In this document: in pieces, positions 35,038 to 35,975 of the stretch | How the letters are laid out: every line of letters begins with the position of its first letter | Position numbering within the stretch: the first letter of the stretch is position 1 | Assembly: GCA_017483235.1 (NCBI GenBank) | Contig: JAFULE010000154.1 | Span: 1-35,975, forward strand | Origin: Faecalibacterium sp. | GTDB lineage: Bacteria > Bacillota > Clostridia > Oscillospirales > Ruminococcaceae | DNA length: 35,975 nt | Direction: 5' to 3' | Made by a program: the position numbers and the translations under genes | The notes under the pieces: model-generated | Databases searched by the model: none | What the model was told of the DNA's origin: nothing | Seen by the model: the letters and a program-made list of their open reading frames with translations, nothing else

Positions 35038-35975
35038 TTACGGCAGGGGTACCTCGTTCAGTTTTGCATTCAATGCCATCAGCTGTTCTTTGGTAACCGG
35101 CACCCGCATCATGCCGGTGATCACGTTGATCATCCGCAGCACGGTCATAGCGTCCAGCATCTTCAGGGTTTCGGGGCGGGCGGCCATGCTCAGAATGGGG
35201 GCCAGCAGCTCAAGGGCCTTTTCCACACCGGCGCTGTCCACCACCAGCTTCAGCTTGGTGTTCAGCGAGCAATGGCCCGGCACCTCGATGATGTCCCACC
35301 AGTTGAGCACCGCGCCCTTTTCGGTCAGGCGATAGGCGGGGTTGGGCTCGGCTACCTTGCGGATAACGCCTTCATCCCTGTGATCACCGGCCACCACCGT
35401 CAGCTTGGTTTCGCCGGCATTGGGCACTTCAAAGTAGAAGAAATGGTCGGGTGCGGTCTGCTTGCCCAGGCTGATGCCGTTGGCAAACAGCTCTACCTCG
35501 GGCAGATTGGAGTAGACGGTCACCTTGGTCACATCCTCGACCCGGTCCACATACCGCTTGCCGCACAGGTGGACGAAGGGCTCGTCGCTCAGCCACGCCT
35601 TGTAGGCATAGAAGCTGTCCTTTTTATATTTGCGGTCGAAGGTGACAAGGCCCTTGTGGTTCTGGCCGGCTTCGCCGCCTTCGTTGCGGCTGTCGGCACC
35701 AAAGTCGAACATATTCCAGCAGTGGGTGGCCCACAGGTACTTGCGGGTGAACAGCTGTTTGATCAGGCTTTCGTGGTAGACAGCCTGATACTCCTCGGAA
35801 TAGTCGCCGGCTTCCGGTGCGGAATTGTGCCAGTTAAGCGCTTCGCAGCCGTACTCGCTGATGCCCACAGGCTGGGTGGGGTGGTCGGCATGGAACTTAT
35901 CAAACCAGGGGCCGTAGGTTTCGATGCTGCCGCCGTACCAGCCGAAGTAGTGGTTGTAGCTGACCGTATCGGGAA
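35038..35975 (-). CDS. Glycoside hydrolase family 2, 3' part only (beta-glucuronidase-like); 5' end outside the window
   Basis: Frame is open to the window edge: SYNHYFGWY, GISEYG (nucleophile Glu), WNMFDF, NHKG. Confidence 0.88.
   Translation of the reverse strand, partial: PDTVSYNHYFGWYGGSIETYGPWFDKFHADHPTQPVGISEYGCEALNWHNSAPEAGDYSEEYQAVYHESLIKQLFTRKYLWATHCWNMFDFGADSRNEGGEAGQNHKGLVTFDRKYKKDSFYAYKAWLSDEPFVHLCGKRYVDRVEDVTKVTVYSNLPEVELFANGISLGKQTAPDHFFYFEVPNAGETKLTVVAGDHRDEGVIRKVAEPNPAYRLTEKGAVLNWWDIIEVPGHCSLNTKLKLVVDSAGVEKALELLAPILSMAARPETLKMLDAMTVLRMINVITGMMRVPVTKEQLMALNAKLNEVPLP

Noticed and set aside
1-35975. CRISPR array, tRNA/rRNA, IS or integrase, REP-like repeat family
   Set aside because: No regularly spaced direct repeats, RNA-gene signatures or recombinase ORFs; the GC-rich hairpins differ in sequence and sit at gene ends as terminators

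Overview
Bacterial chromosomal segment, gene-dense and GC-rich in coding regions. Gene style (MKKISRRSFL-type lipoprotein leader, AGGAG ribosome-binding sites, sigma-70/A promoters) suggests an anaerobic gut Firmicute, possibly Oscillospiraceae; this is inference. About 31 CDS. No rRNA, tRNA, CRISPR array, integrase or transposase was recognised. The window is a run of small catabolic modules, most next to their own regulator: (1) an auto-inhibited-type Fic gene whose promoter is surrounded by ATTCGCCTA repeats; (2) an IclR-linked cluster of AT3 membrane acyltransferase, CoA-transferase, amidohydrolase-2, MBL hydrolase, OB-fold protein and amidohydrolase; (3) two SDR-superfamily oxidoreductases and an orphan AgrC-like kinase; (4) three tandem, diverged Aes esterases plus a VOC protein and an M20 amidohydrolase; (5) a FadR/GntR regulon (TRAP transporter, DUF169, enolase-superfamily dehydratase) with four visible operator boxes; (6) trxA/trxB, Crp/Fnr and ZIP; (7) a monocistronic glycyl radical enzyme; (8) a partial GH2 with a beta-glucuronidase-type NxKG motif. 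Module 7 is the best candidate for a new system: the enzyme has an atypical GCLD cysteine loop and a basic predicted active site, has no adjacent activase, and sits with a PucR regulator, a cytoplasmic CapA-like metallohydrolase and a carboxylate transporter; the enzyme and transporter promoters share a candidate activator box. All functional calls come from motifs read by eye; no database searches were run.
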